NCBI GenBank assembly: GCA_965279515.1
Contig: CBDIID010000003.1
Coordinates: 4,288,001 to 4,352,000 of the forward strand
Source of the DNA: Turneriella sp.
GTDB taxonomy: Bacteria; Spirochaetota; Leptospiria; Turneriellales; Turneriellaceae
DNA length: 64,000 bases
Reading direction: 5' to 3'
Numbering within the stretch: position 1 is the stretch's first letter; every line of letters starts with the position of its first letter. The notes under the pieces were generated by a model. That model was not told the origin of the DNA, did no database searches, and saw only the letters and a list, made by a program, of their open reading frames with translations. Both the position numbers and the translations under genes were made by a program. Of this stretch, positions 39,352 through 50,845 are shown in pieces.

Positions 39352-40710
39352 GTGACCGGGACCAAAAAACAGTTTTATATCGAAACCTACGGTTGCCAGA
39401 TGAACGAATACGATTCGCTCTTGGCCGGCAAGATTCTCGAGAAAGATGCCGCACAGACTTCCGATGTCGCTGCGGCGGATGTCATATTGCTCAATACCTG
39501 CGCGATCCGTGAGAACGCACACCAGACCGTATACAACCGCCTGAAAGAACTAGGGCATCTGCACAAACAGGGCGCGAAGATCGGTATTTTGGGCTGCATG
39601 GCGCAGAACCTGCGCGAAGACCTTCTGTATGAAAACCTGCCGATCGATTTTATCATGGGGCCCGATGCCTTCCGCAATCTGGGGTCGCTGCTGTCAGAAA
39701 ACGGTAGCCAGGCGCCCGAGACGGCGCAGCAGAGTTTTCTGAATCTGTCGCGCACCGAAACCTACGATGATATTGTGCCGTCGTTCGAGTACCATATGCG
39801 CGACCGGCGGAACAAGACGACTGCGTTTATCACGGTACAGCGCGGCTGCGACAATTTCTGCGCCTTTTGCGTGGTGCCCTACACACGCGGCCGCGAGCGC
39901 TCGCGCCCGGTCGCAAGCATCGTCAGTGAAATCGCCAATCTCGTCGACAACGGTGTGAAGTCGGTAGTACTCCTCGGGCAGAACGTGAATTCTTACCGGC
40001 ACGAAACGGCGCGCTTTGTCGACCTGATCGAAACCTTGCTCGCGAAAACCCGCATCGAGCGCATCTATTTCAGCTCGCCGCATCCCAAAGATTTTCCATC
40101 GGAGCTCATCGAGCTCATGGCTGCGGAGCCGCGCTTCTGCAATCAGGTGCATATGCCGTTGCAGGCGGGGGCCGACAGAACGCTCAAACGCATGAAACGC
40201 AATTATACCCGCGCGGAGTTCCTCAAGATCGTCGAGCATGTCCGTAGCCGTGTCGTCGACGTGGCGATCAGCACGGATGTCATCGTCGGTTTTCCGGGTG
40301 AAACCGACGCCGATTTCCGCGAGACCCTCGAAGTGATGGAGCTCGCGAACTTTGACACCGCCTTTATGTTTGCCTATTCCGAACGCAAGGGTACCATCGC
40401 GAACCGTCTCTATCCCGACGATATTCCGCTCGAGATCAAGAAGGCCCGCCTTGCCGAACTCATCGACCGCCAGCTCGAACGGGCGCTGAAAAATAACAGC
40501 AGGTATATCGGCAGAACTGTCGAGGCGATGGTCGAGCAGCCGTCGAAGCGCAATGCCGCCGAGTGGGTGGGGCGCCTCAGTAACGGTAAAAGAATCATCT
40601 TTGATCCACGGCGCTCCGTTCCGGTAGATTTCTCCGGCACGCTGGTATCGTTGACGGTGGAAAGCGCATCAAGCCAGGTGCTCAAAGGTTCGCCGGATGC
40701 ACCGCTCTGA
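39352..40710 (+). CDS. miaB: tRNA-2-methylthio-N6-dimethylallyladenosine synthase
   Basis: TYGCQMN.YDS, NTCAIRE, GCDNFCAFCVVPYTRG; start codon uncertain (GTG 39352 chosen). Confidence 0.94.
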   Translation: MTGTKKQFYIETYGCQMNEYDSLLAGKILEKDAAQTSDVAAADVILLNTCAIRENAHQTVYNRLKELGHLHKQGAKIGILGCMAQNLREDLLYENLPIDFIMGPDAFRNLGSLLSENGSQAPETAQQSFLNLSRTETYDDIVPSFEYHMRDRRNKTTAFITVQRGCDNFCAFCVVPYTRGRERSRPVASIVSEIANLVDNGVKSVVLLGQNVNSYRHETARFVDLIETLLAKTRIERIYFSSPHPKDFPSELIELMAAEPRFCNQVHMPLQAGADRTLKRMKRNYTRAEFLKIVEHVRSRVVDVAISTDVIVGFPGETDADFRETLEVMELANFDTAFMFAYSERKGTIANRLYPDDIPLEIKKARLAELIDRQLERALKNNSRYIGRTVEAMVEQPSKRNAAEWVGRLSNGKRIIFDPRRSVPVDFSGTLVSLTVESASSQVLKGSPDAPL

Positions 40711-41476
40711 AGAAGTCTTACGTTTTGAGAATGTCTGGTACAACGACGGAGTTAGCAGCGACCATGTCGACAATGTCAGTTTCACGCTGAAGCGCGGCGA
40801 AGGCCTTTTAATCTCGGGCCCCGAAGGCGCCGGCAAGAGCCAGATGATGGCGCTGATTGTCGCCAAGAACATGCCTAAATCGGGGCAGATCTTCCACGAC
40901 GGGGTGAATCTCGGCTTACAGTCTGAGGATGATATCGAAAGGCTGCGGTTTTCCATCGGTTATGTGACAAAAACCTCAGGCCTCATCAACAACCTCTCGG
41001 TCATGGAGAATATCATTCTACCGCTGCGTTACCATACGGCTCTCAAGGACGATGAGCTTTTTGCCGCCGCCGATCTCTGGCTCGAGCGCTATGAACTCAA
41101 GCACAAAGAGAAGGCGCGTCCCGTTGCGCTGTCCGATTCCGAGGCAATCCGCACCGCGCTGATACGGGCGCTGATCGTCGATCCGCGCCTGATACTGCTC
41201 GACGGCATTATCGATGGTGTTTGCCCGCTGGCTTCGCGGCGTATGCTTGAGCTGATGTTTGAGGATATCCGCCTCAGGGGGATATCCTACGTGATTTCGA
41301 CATACCACCCTGCGATCTTTGAAGGCCGCGACATGCAGTTCATTCTGCTTTACCGCGGCGCAGTGGTGTTTCAGGGCTCTTTGGCCGATATTAAAATGGC
41401 AGACAATGTATACCTCGACCAATACCGCGCCCTGAGAACCGAGGGACCCATGCGCTGCTTTAACGATATATTATGA
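40697..41476 (+). CDS. ABC transporter ATP-binding protein (MlaF-like, degenerate signature)
   Basis: GPEGAGKS Walker A; ENI.LPL; Walker B ILLDG. Confidence 0.8.
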   Translation: MHRSEEVLRFENVWYNDGVSSDHVDNVSFTLKRGEGLLISGPEGAGKSQMMALIVAKNMPKSGQIFHDGVNLGLQSEDDIERLRFSIGYVTKTSGLINNLSVMENIILPLRYHTALKDDELFAAADLWLERYELKHKEKARPVALSDSEAIRTALIRALIVDPRLILLDGIIDGVCPLASRRMLELMFEDIRLRGISYVISTYHPAIFEGRDMQFILLYRGAVVFQGSLADIKMADNVYLDQYRALRTEGPMRCFNDIL

Positions 41477-42195
41477 AGTTTGAACGCAACGATATTTTTA
41501 CCGGTCTCTTTGTCCTCGTAGGCACCGTATTCGGTCTTTCTGTGCTGCTCTTTATCGCGGGTTATAACCTGCTCGATGACCGTACCGAATACTGGGTGCG
41601 CTTTGAGAAACTTGCGGGTGTCAAAAAGGGCACCCAGATGAAGATCAAGAATTTTACCATCGGCGAAGTCAAGGAAGTCGTGCCTATATACGGCACTGAC
41701 CTGCACTTCAAGGCCCGTGTCCTTATTAATAAAGAGTTTGCGATCTACCAGGGCACCAAGGTCACCATTACGAATCAGAACGTCATCGGCGACGCAGTGA
41801 TCGACCTGACGCCTTCGCTGGTTAAAAAATATATCCTGAAACCCCATGATACACTCTTTGCCACGAATATTGTCAACCTCGAGCAGATGGTGACGCAGAT
41901 CTCGAATCTGGTGGCGACGATCAATAAACTCGTGGATACTTTTGCGGCGCTGGCCGGCGACAATAAGAACGACGTCAAAATGATTCTCACTAATCTCAAC
42001 GGTTCGATTGCGAAAATCAACGGCTTACTCGATTCATCGCAGGGTGAAATTGTCGCGATTATGCGCAATATCCGCAGCACGTCGAGCACGCTCGACAAGT
42101 TCACGAAAGATCTCGCAAAAAACCCGATGATGATTCTCAACAAGAAGGGGCCGGGCGGGGTTGATGCGCCTGGCGAAGCCGCGGCGCTGCCGTAG
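41473..42195 (+). CDS. MlaD/MCE family protein
   Basis: N-terminal TM, MCE domain (G...G...IG.V), helical tail. Confidence 0.85.
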   Translation: MKFERNDIFTGLFVLVGTVFGLSVLLFIAGYNLLDDRTEYWVRFEKLAGVKKGTQMKIKNFTIGEVKEVVPIYGTDLHFKARVLINKEFAIYQGTKVTITNQNVIGDAVIDLTPSLVKKYILKPHDTLFATNIVNLEQMVTQISNLVATINKLVDTFAALAGDNKNDVKMILTNLNGSIAKINGLLDSSQGEIVAIMRNIRSTSSTLDKFTKDLAKNPMMILNKKGPGGVDAPGEAAALP

Positions 42196-42203
42196 TCACT
42201 GCA

Positions 42204-42602
42204 TTAATTAACCACGGCGGCCCGGCGGGCACGGCGAATTTGCCAGAGCCCCACTGCGAAGCTAATCAGCGCGCCCAGGAACTCGCGGCCCAGCTCAATA
42301 TAGGGTTTTTCCGCCGTCATCTTCGCGGTGATCAGGTTTTCCTTACCGAACCTGATCCATGTCAAAAAGCCATCCCCCGTCATCGCCATCTCAATGACGG
42401 CCATGCCGATGAGCGCATAGAGCAGGCCAACCTTGTCTTTCCCCATGGCCGCCAGCACGCAGCAGAGCGCTGAAGTCAGGTAGAGCAGCATCCAATGCAC
42501 CGGGTCGGGGTCATTGTATTGCACTGCCGCCGCAAAGAGAAAATAGAGGGTGAGTAGGATGGATACCGCGATGAAGAGTACGGAACGGGGGGGATTCGGC
42601 AT
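42204..42602 (-). CDS. TMEM220 family membrane protein
   Basis: VQYNDPDP..W..Y and E.GRE..G. Confidence 0.88.
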   Translation of the reverse strand: MPNPPRSVLFIAVSILLTLYFLFAAAVQYNDPDPVHWMLLYLTSALCCVLAAMGKDKVGLLYALIGMAVIEMAMTGDGFLTWIRFGKENLITAKMTAEKPYIELGREFLGALISFAVGLWQIRRARRAAVVN

Positions 42603-42764
42603 TGTTTAGGTTTTGGGGTCGATTTGGCGTGCCAAGTGGTTAATCGCTACCTCAATCGGGCACATATGTTCTTTTTTTGGCACCGCACCCCGCAAAAGTG
42701 ACATAAGTGTTCAGTGATTAGCGGTATTCCGCGGCACAAATAAGGCGTGAAGAGGATTTACTCA

Positions 42765-43685
42765 ATGAAAATCAAAGGAATATTGCTGGGGGCGGTTTTT
42801 TCCGGTTCACAGCTATTTGCCGGTTCCGGTGGCTCGACGCCTTCTCTCAATGGTTCTTATCCCATCGTGTTTTCACACGGTATGTTCGGCTGGGGTGCTA
42901 ACGACACCAGCTCACTGATCGGTATTTTTAAATATTGGGGCGGTATGGACGATTATCTGCGTTCACGCGGCGCTGTGGTCTATGCACCGGGTAAATCCGC
43001 GCTGCAATCGAATGCCTTCAGAGCGCAAGAACTCAAAGACAAAATCAACACATTCATGGCTGCGGGTGGATACTCCAAAGTTCACATCATTGGCCACTCA
43101 CAGGGCGGGCTCGATAGCCGCTACATGGTGGCGAATCTCAGCATGGCTTCGAAAGTTGCCACACTGACAACGCTCAGCACGCCGCATTATGGTGCGCCGA
43201 TCGCCGACGTGATTCTGGGCGTAGTGCCATCGTGGCTGTTGCCCTTCGTGAATACGACTGTGAATACACTCGTGAAAGTTGTCTGGGGCGGTAGCTCAAA
43301 CAACCTGACAGCGTCGCTGAGCTCGCTCACAACGACAAACGCCGCATCGTTCAATTCAACGACACCCAACTCAGGCTCCGTGAAGTATTACTCATACGGC
43401 TCTAAGGTGACATTGCCCGACCTGATCCAGCATCCGCTGATGGGGCTTCTGGTACCAGTTACCGGCGTCGGTGGTGTTGCGAAAGGCCAGGGCTTAGACA
43501 ACGACGGCCTCGTGCCGCTCAGCTCTGCGAAGTGGGGCACATGGAAAGGCAGCCCAAGCTATGGTATTCTGACTACGGGTCTCGATCACCTCGAAGTATC
43601 GAACACACTTTCTCTCGGCGAACCATGGTTCGATGTGCGGGCATTCTGGCTGACAATGGCCGTGAACGCCAAAACGAACCAGTAA
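42765..43685 (+). CDS. Secreted triacylglycerol lipase (alpha/beta hydrolase)
   Basis: YPIV..HG, GHSQGG, TPH.G, NDGLV, DH. Confidence 0.92.
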   Translation: MKIKGILLGAVFSGSQLFAGSGGSTPSLNGSYPIVFSHGMFGWGANDTSSLIGIFKYWGGMDDYLRSRGAVVYAPGKSALQSNAFRAQELKDKINTFMAAGGYSKVHIIGHSQGGLDSRYMVANLSMASKVATLTTLSTPHYGAPIADVILGVVPSWLLPFVNTTVNTLVKVVWGGSSNNLTASLSSLTTTNAASFNSTTPNSGSVKYYSYGSKVTLPDLIQHPLMGLLVPVTGVGGVAKGQGLDNDGLVPLSSAKWGTWKGSPSYGILTTGLDHLEVSNTLSLGEPWFDVRAFWLTMAVNAKTNQ

Positions 43686-43704
43686 TTTCTCCTAAAAACT
43701 GGCA

Positions 43705-43745
43705 AAAAATCCCGGTTCCGTCAGGGCCGGGATTTTTTTTGTTTT
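43705..43745. terminator. Rho-independent terminator after the lipase gene
   Basis: AAAAATCCCGG...CCGGGATTTTTTTT. Confidence 0.75.
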
Positions 43746-44392
43746 AGCAAAGCCTTACCGCCGGGGCAAAATGCAAAAATTCCACAGGTATTGCATGCGG
43801 GCCGGCGCGCAATACAGGTTTTGCGGCCGTGGAAAATAATCAACAGCGGCAAATCACGCCATATTTCTTTGGGAAAAATCGCCATGAGTTCACGCTCGAC
43901 AATGATCGCGTTATCGCTCTTGGTAAAACCCAGGAGGCCTGCGATGCGCTTCACATGCGTGTCGACGGTGATGCCGGGCGCTTCGCCGAATGCCTCGGCC
44001 ATGATGACGTTTGCGGTTTTGCGGCCAATGCCAGGCAGGGTGGGCAGGATAGCAAAGTCGCGGGGGATTTTTCCACCATAGTCTGCGACAAGTATTTTGG
44101 CCAGGGCGACGATATTTTTCACCTTGTTGCGGAAAAAACCTGTGCTGTAGATGAGCTTCTCCACCTCGGAGACATCCGCCTGGGCAAATGCCGGCATGTC
44201 AGGGAAACGCGCAAAGAGCGCCGGTGTGACGAGGTTGACGCGTTCATCGGTGCACTGCGCCGAGAGAATCACAGCGATAGCCAGCTGCTCGGTGCTCTTG
44301 AAGGTCAGGGGGCAGGCGGGCGACCCGAATTCTTTGCGTAGCGTGTCGAAGACCTGGCGGGCGCGCGCCTTGAGCGCGGTGTTATTTTTCAT
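43721..44392 (-). CDS. nth: Endonuclease III
   Basis: ILSAQCTD, LPGIGRKTANV, VDTHV.R, C.ARRP.C..C.....C. Confidence 0.96.
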   Translation of the reverse strand: MKNNTALKARARQVFDTLRKEFGSPACPLTFKSTEQLAIAVILSAQCTDERVNLVTPALFARFPDMPAFAQADVSEVEKLIYSTGFFRNKVKNIVALAKILVADYGGKIPRDFAILPTLPGIGRKTANVIMAEAFGEAPGITVDTHVKRIAGLLGFTKSDNAIIVERELMAIFPKEIWRDLPLLIIFHGRKTCIARRPACNTCGIFAFCPGGKALLKQKKSRP

Positions 44393-46241
44393 CGGGTAAG
44401 AGTTCGTAGATTTTCACAGATTGCTGTTTTCCTTTCACGCGGATGGTATCGAGTTCACGGTTCGGCTGGTCTTTGCCGAGATTTTTTAAAACAGCATGGC
44501 TGATAACGATGGAGGCTGCGAATTCGCTGCAGAGATTTTCGATGCGTGAGGCGAGGTTGACTGTATCGCCGATGACTGTGCCCTCCCAGCGTTCGTTTTC
44601 GCCGATGGTACCGAGCCTGACGGAGCCTGTATGGATACCGATACCGATGTCGATCGGCTCATAACCCTGGGCTGTGCGGTGCTCATTATATTTAATCAGC
44701 TCTTCGCGCATCGCCAGGGCCGCATGCGCGGCGTTTTCGGGTGTGCCGGGAAATAACGCCATAATGGCGTCGCCGATAAACTTATCGATAAAACCGCCGT
44801 GGTCGCGTATAATCGGGCCCATGCGGCTCAGGTATGAATTCAGAAATTTGAAGTTCTCCTCTGGGTTCATTTTTTCGGAAAGCGAGGTGAAACTGCGGAT
44901 GTCTGAAAACAGGATCGTGATTTCGCGTGTCGTGGATTTGCCGAGCTCGAGCTTGGTAAAATCCGTTTCACCCGCCAGTTCAAGGAATTTTTGCGGTACA
45001 AATAACTGGAAGGCGCGGTTCATTTCGCGCTCGCGGTCGATGACCTGTTTTTGCGCCTGCTCCTTTTCGTCGCGCCAGATGTTGATCTTGTCCGCGAGCG
45101 CGAGGGAGAGAAGTATCACTTCGAGGGCAGAGCCAATTTGCGCAGAGTAGGTACTGACCAGCGAGTAGTTCAGAATGCCGAGGTTGCGCAGGGCGAGAAA
45201 AATAATGCCCGTGATGAGCGTAGTATAGGCGATAAGAAAGAAACGTGCGGCCTTTACTCTCTTAACGTATAAAGTTAGCCCCATAATGAACATCAGGAAG
45301 GCCGTTCCCATACCGCTGAAAATCCCAACGGTGATGAAGATGCGGTACGGTAATAAACCACCGACAAGCAGCGAGATAAATGTGAGAAAAGAAAGATAAC
45401 CTGAAATTCTGTATAACCACGGAATCAGAGACCTTGCCTGAAAAAATTGCGAAGCGAAAAGCAACTGAAAAATGGTGGCGAGATGGAGAAAAACCGGAAG
45501 CGCGTATTTTGCCATACGCGGAGATCCGGGCAGGATCAGTTCATGGAAAAAGCCCCAGAGCGCAAACTGGAACAACAGAAAAAACAGGATGTAGAAGACG
45601 TAGAACGCATACGAGCGTTCGCGTGTCGCGGCATAGAGGAACAGGTTATACAGCACCATGACAACCATGATGCCGAAATAGATCCCAAAGATCAGCTGCT
45701 CCTGCCGGTCGGCTTCGGTGAAATAAGTTTCCGGTATGAGCTTCAGTGGCACAAGCATGCTACCCTGGCTCATGAGGCGCATGAGAATGGTACCGCGTGG
45801 CGCACTGTCGGTATTTACCGGGAAAACGAAGTTATGGTGCACGATCGGCCGCGTGCTGACCGGAAAATCGCGGCCGGTGTGCCAGCTTTCGAGAATAAGC
45901 CCCCGGTCACTGAGAACACTGAACTGAATCGAATCAATGAGGGAGGCGATCTCGAGTATCAGTTTGTCGTCGGGAGCGCCCTCCGCGGAAAAGGGAATAG
46001 CCACCCATACAGCTTTTGCGGTGTACCCCAGCGAGAGCCGCGCCGATTCACTGCGCGTGAAATACCCCGCCTTCAGTAGCTCGAGTGCCTCATGCGGCAA
46101 TTGTTCATTATATTCCTCGATGTAGTAGTGGACTTTGCCTTTCAGGTCAAATTCACGCGCCGGCTTGTCGTACGCCGCGACGTCTGCGGCGTAATGCGCC
46201 CCGGTGGAAAAAAATACCGCAGCAAGCACCAAAGCGCGCAT
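44382..46241 (-). CDS. Adenylate/guanylate cyclase with 7TM-DISM sensor
   Basis: 7TMR-DISM N-terminus (LYNLFLY); FSDIRSFT, DKFIGDAIM, GDTVNLASR. Confidence 0.92.
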   Translation of the reverse strand: MRALVLAAVFFSTGAHYAADVAAYDKPAREFDLKGKVHYYIEEYNEQLPHEALELLKAGYFTRSESARLSLGYTAKAVWVAIPFSAEGAPDDKLILEIASLIDSIQFSVLSDRGLILESWHTGRDFPVSTRPIVHHNFVFPVNTDSAPRGTILMRLMSQGSMLVPLKLIPETYFTEADRQEQLIFGIYFGIMVVMVLYNLFLYAATRERSYAFYVFYILFFLLFQFALWGFFHELILPGSPRMAKYALPVFLHLATIFQLLFASQFFQARSLIPWLYRISGYLSFLTFISLLVGGLLPYRIFITVGIFSGMGTAFLMFIMGLTLYVKRVKAARFFLIAYTTLITGIIFLALRNLGILNYSLVSTYSAQIGSALEVILLSLALADKINIWRDEKEQAQKQVIDREREMNRAFQLFVPQKFLELAGETDFTKLELGKSTTREITILFSDIRSFTSLSEKMNPEENFKFLNSYLSRMGPIIRDHGGFIDKFIGDAIMALFPGTPENAAHAALAMREELIKYNEHRTAQGYEPIDIGIGIHTGSVRLGTIGENERWEGTVIGDTVNLASRIENLCSEFAASIVISHAVLKNLGKDQPNRELDTIRVKGKQQSVKIYELLPDEK

Positions 46242-46281
46242 GCCGCGATGAACGGGGGAAATCCCCCTTTGTAAAGAAAGT

Positions 46282-48237
46282 TTAGTTCTGGTCGAGAAAG
46301 TCTCTCAGGCGGCGCATACGCGTCGGTGCCCTGAGGCGCCTCAAAGCCTTCGCTTCAATCTGGCGTATCCGTTCGCGCGTGACCTTGAAGACGTAACCCA
46401 CTTCTTCGAGAGTGTGCGTATAACCGTCGTCGAGGCCGAAGCGCATGCGGATGACCTTTTGTTCACGTGCCGGCAGCGTAGCGAGAACCTGCTTCAGCTG
46501 CTCTGCGAGAATCGATTGCGCCGTGGATTGCAGCGGGCTCGGTGCCTTCTTGTCTTCGACAAAGTCGCCCAGCTCTGAATCTTCATCCTCACCCACAGGG
46601 GTTTCGAGCGATACCGGGTCTTTCGCGACGCTTTTGACTTGCTTGACCTTGATGACGGGCCAGCCTAAACGTTCGCCGATCTCATCGTCAGACGGCTCGC
46701 GGCCCGTTTCTTGCAGAAAGATGCGCGCTTCGCGGTTCACCTTGTTGATCTGTTCGATCATGTGCGAAGGAATGCGGATGGTGCGCGCCTGCTCAGAGAG
46801 GGCGCGTGTGATGGCCTGGCGGATCCACCAGGTCGCGTACGTCGAAAATTTATACCCCTTGCGGTATTCGAATTTTTCGACGGCACGCATGAGGCCAATA
46901 TTGCCTTCCTGGATCAGGTCGAAAAAGTGCATGCCGCGGTTCGCAAAACGTTTTGCGATAGAAACCACGAGACGCAGGTTGGCGTTGATAAGTTCTTTTT
47001 TCGCAGCGTCAATTTCACGACCACCGCGCGCGATCTTTTCGCCCCAGAGCAGAATGATCAGGGTGGGAGAGCCCGCTTCCTGTTCCATACGGCGCAGTTT
47101 GCGTTCGTTGTTACGAATATCTTTGATGATGTTTTTCACATCTTCTACAGTACAGCCGAGTTCGCGCTCGACGATGTGCAGATCTTCGTTGCGTTCGATA
47201 TAACGGTTAAAGGCTTTGATGCCTTTGACGTCGTGGCCATAACGTTCTTTGAGTTTCAGGAAGTGGCGTTTGATTTCCTTGATACGGAAAACCATGCTCT
47301 TGATTTTGTTGACGTGCTTCTGCAGTTCTTTCTGCGAAACGCCGACGCGGATGACGTGCTCGGCCGCGAGACCTTCGAGTTTGAGAATCTGTGCCCAGAC
47401 TTCCTGGTGTTTTTTACTCTTATGCGTGTAGCGTTTGAGTTTTGCTTTCAGAGACGAAATCTGTTTGTCAAAATCGGTGACGGGTTTGATTTCGCGCAGG
47501 AATTTTTCGCGCAGCTCTTTCTGTTCGTTCGTGCTGATGTAGTAAGTCTTCGATGCGCGCGCGATATCCGTGATGCGCAGCGTACCCTTGTCGATGCGGT
47601 TGTATGCCTTGATGAAGGCGCTGCGCAGCAACGACGAACGCAGAACCGCATCTTCGATGATGTTCTCGCCGCCTTCGATACGGCGTGCAAGTTCAACTTC
47701 TTTGTCGCCTGAAATGAGTGATATCTTACCGATTTCTTTCAGGTAGAGACGTATCGGGTCATCAGCGGCGCTGGCTCCAGCGCTGCCGGTGGATTTCTTT
47801 TTCTTCGCGGCAGCAGGACGGAATTCGGGCTTTTGCAGTAAAAGTTGCAGAGAGTCGAGGTCGTAACCGCGCGTCAGCATCTGCATCGCGAGGTCTTGTA
47901 TGGTCAGCGCGGCTTTATTTTCCGGCTGCTTGATTTCATAACCCTGTGCCTTGAGTTCGGTGACGAGTGCCTTGGGGACCTTTTGTTCTCCCAATGAGCC
48001 AAAATTGCCAGGGACTACGGCTGAAGAAGTATCGCCGCGGCGACCGACCTGTTTCTTCTCGTATTCTTCGACGATCTCAATGCCGTACTGGTTAAGCAGG
48101 ATAAAGACGTCATCGATCTTGTCCGAATTGGTGAGCTTTTCGGGCAGAATGTCGTTGATTTCGTCGTAAGTGATTTCGCCGTTGGCTTTGCCGATGTGGA
48201 TGATTTTCTGTATTTCCGGAAGTTGTTCGAGCTCCAC
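46282..48237 (-). CDS. rpoD: RNA polymerase primary sigma factor
   Basis: [53 protein letters not shown]. Confidence 0.97.
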   Translation of the reverse strand: MELEQLPEIQKIIHIGKANGEITYDEINDILPEKLTNSDKIDDVFILLNQYGIEIVEEYEKKQVGRRGDTSSAVVPGNFGSLGEQKVPKALVTELKAQGYEIKQPENKAALTIQDLAMQMLTRGYDLDSLQLLLQKPEFRPAAAKKKKSTGSAGASAADDPIRLYLKEIGKISLISGDKEVELARRIEGGENIIEDAVLRSSLLRSAFIKAYNRIDKGTLRITDIARASKTYYISTNEQKELREKFLREIKPVTDFDKQISSLKAKLKRYTHKSKKHQEVWAQILKLEGLAAEHVIRVGVSQKELQKHVNKIKSMVFRIKEIKRHFLKLKERYGHDVKGIKAFNRYIERNEDLHIVERELGCTVEDVKNIIKDIRNNERKLRRMEQEAGSPTLIILLWGEKIARGGREIDAAKKELINANLRLVVSIAKRFANRGMHFFDLIQEGNIGLMRAVEKFEYRKGYKFSTYATWWIRQAITRALSEQARTIRIPSHMIEQINKVNREARIFLQETGREPSDDEIGERLGWPVIKVKQVKSVAKDPVSLETPVGEDEDSELGDFVEDKKAPSPLQSTAQSILAEQLKQVLATLPAREQKVIRMRFGLDDGYTHTLEEVGYVFKVTRERIRQIEAKALRRLRAPTRMRRLRDFLDQN

Positions 48238-48468
48238 TAAATCTCCTCTTTATATAACAGGCCTAATGGCTGATTATTACAATATCGGGTGCAAATTAAA
48301 TCCAAGTTAACCGCACCTGCCAGTTTTAATTTATGAGACACCGCATCAAGCTTTGTCAACCTTTATTAGCCATACGCCTGCGGCGTCTGCGCCAATGGGT
48401 CTCTCTTTATTAAAGTGCCTGCCCGCAAAGGCAGTGCCAGAATATGCTCAATGAGGCATAATGCCGGT

Positions 48469-50151
48469 TCAGGCCCGGCGCATGCGCCAGAAACGCAGGG
48501 AATACCAGCCGGCGACGACGAAGCTGAGCGCTGAAAGCACGGGGATATGCAGGCTGCGGCTGAGCGAAAGGTCGCCGCCGAGGGGGTTATCCGCCGATAG
48601 CAGAACCACACCCAGAATGACGGCTGCAAAAGGTATCCAAAGCTTCCAGATCGGCTCTTGCGGCTTTTTGTCGTTCTTTTTCTCAACCATCTCAATCTGG
48701 AATTTGCCGCTCGAAACCATGCCGAGGGTTTTCAGGATCGTGGCTGGCGCCTGTTCCAGGAAATCGAGGTAGTCGGGCAGGGCGCGCAGGATCGGTTTAG
48801 CCATGCGCACAGGAGAGATGCGGCCAATGAAGATTTCGCTCATCATGGGGAGTGAAACCTTTGCGAGATTCATCTGCGGATCGAGAATATAACCCACGGC
48901 TTCGATCGTGACGATCGCCTTGATCGCAAGCATGATGTCTTTGTTGAAATAGAGTTTATAACGCGCACCCATGTTCATGGAGTTGAGAATGAGCTTGCCC
49001 AGTGAATAATTCTTAAACCCGGCGCCTATCCAGCGTTTGCCGATCTCTTCAATCTCGGCGCGGAAGCCCGCGACATCGGAATGCGGCGTAGTTTCGGTGA
49101 GACCGACCATATACTTCGATGCCGTTTCAAAATCACGGATGATCAGGTAGTAGTAGTACAGGAACATTGCATTCATCGTCTTCGGAGTAAACTGGCCGAT
49201 CATTCCGAGGTCGATCATGCAGAATTTTTCGGTGCCCACGATGAAAATGTTTCCCGGATGCGGGTCGCCGTGGAAAAAGCCGTCGATGAAAAGCTGTTTG
49301 ATGACAACGCGCGCACCGAGCGCGGCGACGCGCGGGCCGTTGATGCCGAGCTTCTTCAGCTTCTCTGTGTCGTCGGGTTTTACGCCTTCGATGAATTCGA
49401 GGGTGAGTACCTTTTTTGTCGTGTATTCCCAGTAGATTTTCGGTAGAATAACGTCGGTGTCTTCTTTGAAATTTTCGCGGAAGATATCCGCATGCTTGCC
49501 TTCTTGATTGAAGTCGAGCTCTTTCATGGTATAATCAGAAAATTCCTGGATGAGTTTGCGCGGTTGGAAATCCTGAATGTAAGGAATCTGCTGCAGAACC
49601 CAGGCAAGGCGCTTCATGATACGAAGGTCGTTCGTCATGATCGGAATAATGCCGGGGCGCTGGACTTTGACGACAACCTTCTGGCCGTTTCTGAGGTAGG
49701 CGATGTGTGCTTGTGCGAGCGATGCAGCCCCGACGGGTTTGGGCGCGAATTCTTTGAAAATGTGGCGCAGTGGAACGTTGAATTCCTGCTCGACGACCAT
49801 CTTAGCTTCTTCGTAGCTGATGGGTGGCACTTTGGTTTGCAGGTTGCGGAGTTCGTAGGTAATCCGGCGTGGCAGGAGATCTTCACGTAGCGAGAGAATT
49901 TGCCCGAGCTTTACGTACGTTGGGCCGAGGCGTTCGATCGTTTGCCTCAGTTTCACAGGAAAGCGTATGATGCCCGCTGGTCGGCGAAGAATCAGGCGCA
50001 CGATGACGGCAAGAACGCGCCGGCTGAGCGAGCGCTTGCGCAGGCCGCGCGGGCGGTAGAGACTCGAGACGAGCATATCCAGCGAAAATTGGATAATAAT
50101 CGACGTCACTGCTAAGAGGCGCCGTATTTCTGAATAAGTTTTGAGGTTCAT
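48469..50151 (-). CDS. ABC1/UbiB (AarF) family kinase
   Basis: LGPTYVKLGQ, AASLAQ.H, VKVQRP, FHGDPHPGN, D.G. Confidence 0.93.
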   Translation of the reverse strand: MNLKTYSEIRRLLAVTSIIIQFSLDMLVSSLYRPRGLRKRSLSRRVLAVIVRLILRRPAGIIRFPVKLRQTIERLGPTYVKLGQILSLREDLLPRRITYELRNLQTKVPPISYEEAKMVVEQEFNVPLRHIFKEFAPKPVGAASLAQAHIAYLRNGQKVVVKVQRPGIIPIMTNDLRIMKRLAWVLQQIPYIQDFQPRKLIQEFSDYTMKELDFNQEGKHADIFRENFKEDTDVILPKIYWEYTTKKVLTLEFIEGVKPDDTEKLKKLGINGPRVAALGARVVIKQLFIDGFFHGDPHPGNIFIVGTEKFCMIDLGMIGQFTPKTMNAMFLYYYYLIIRDFETASKYMVGLTETTPHSDVAGFRAEIEEIGKRWIGAGFKNYSLGKLILNSMNMGARYKLYFNKDIMLAIKAIVTIEAVGYILDPQMNLAKVSLPMMSEIFIGRISPVRMAKPILRALPDYLDFLEQAPATILKTLGMVSSGKFQIEMVEKKNDKKPQEPIWKLWIPFAAVILGVVLLSADNPLGGDLSLSRSLHIPVLSALSFVVAGWYSLRFWRMRRA

Positions 50152-50290
50152 GCCGCGGTAAACACAGTTAAATTAAGACCGCGCGAGACAAGAAATTTTC
50201 CGGCTGCGCTGTGGCAGCGTTTTGGAGAATTTCAGCGCAGTAGAGAGAAAAAAACGGGAATTTTTGGTATTTCTCTTATAGGAGACCTGC

Positions 50291-50827
50291 ATGCAATGTA
50301 GAAAACAGCCCCGGTTTTTGCAAGAGAAAGCCATCCCGATCGCCAATCTTTTAGAGGTGCGTTTGGCACCGATCCACTGGAATAAAATTAAGCTGGCAGT
50401 CTGGCAGCGTCGCCGCACGTATTCCACGATTACGCGGTACTGTACTTTGCGATTAGCCCGCAAGTGCTCACTCCGTTGGACGCCGAAGCTGCGGCAGGTT
50501 GCGGGGCAGGTGCGGGAGGGGCTTGCAATCGCGAAGGATATCCATCGCCATGTGATGTGCCTTTATGGAGAAGATGAAAAGATTATCCGTCTTGCGGCGA
50601 TGGAGTTGGGGTTGACCATCACCGCATTTGTTAGATTGGCGATAGAACTATACCTCCCGATGCTGGCTATGGAAAAACATAGCCAGGATTTAGTTACTAA
50701 TGATGAACTCACGTGGGAGGGAATTCGTGTTATTGAAAGCGTGCAAATCTTCGCCGTAAATGCCGGCTCCCGGCCATTTTACCGCAATCTAAGCTGCATA
50801 TACTTCGACGTTGAGAGTTACTGGTAA
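50291..50827 (+). CDS. Hypothetical protein, DUF1564-like (leptospiral)
   Basis: Two segments resembling W..L..A..R..S.T and A..LGL.I..FVR ribbon-helix-helix-like units. Confidence 0.55.
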   Translation: MQCRKQPRFLQEKAIPIANLLEVRLAPIHWNKIKLAVWQRRRTYSTITRYCTLRLARKCSLRWTPKLRQVAGQVREGLAIAKDIHRHVMCLYGEDEKIIRLAAMELGLTITAFVRLAIELYLPMLAMEKHSQDLVTNDELTWEGIRVIESVQIFAVNAGSRPFYRNLSCIYFDVESYW

Positions 50828-50845
50828 CCCAAACGCGCCCGCAGT

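Noticed and set aside
46445..47712. Long + strand ORFs (252 aa and 333 aa)
   Set aside because: Antisense shadows of rpoD with no recognisable motifs.
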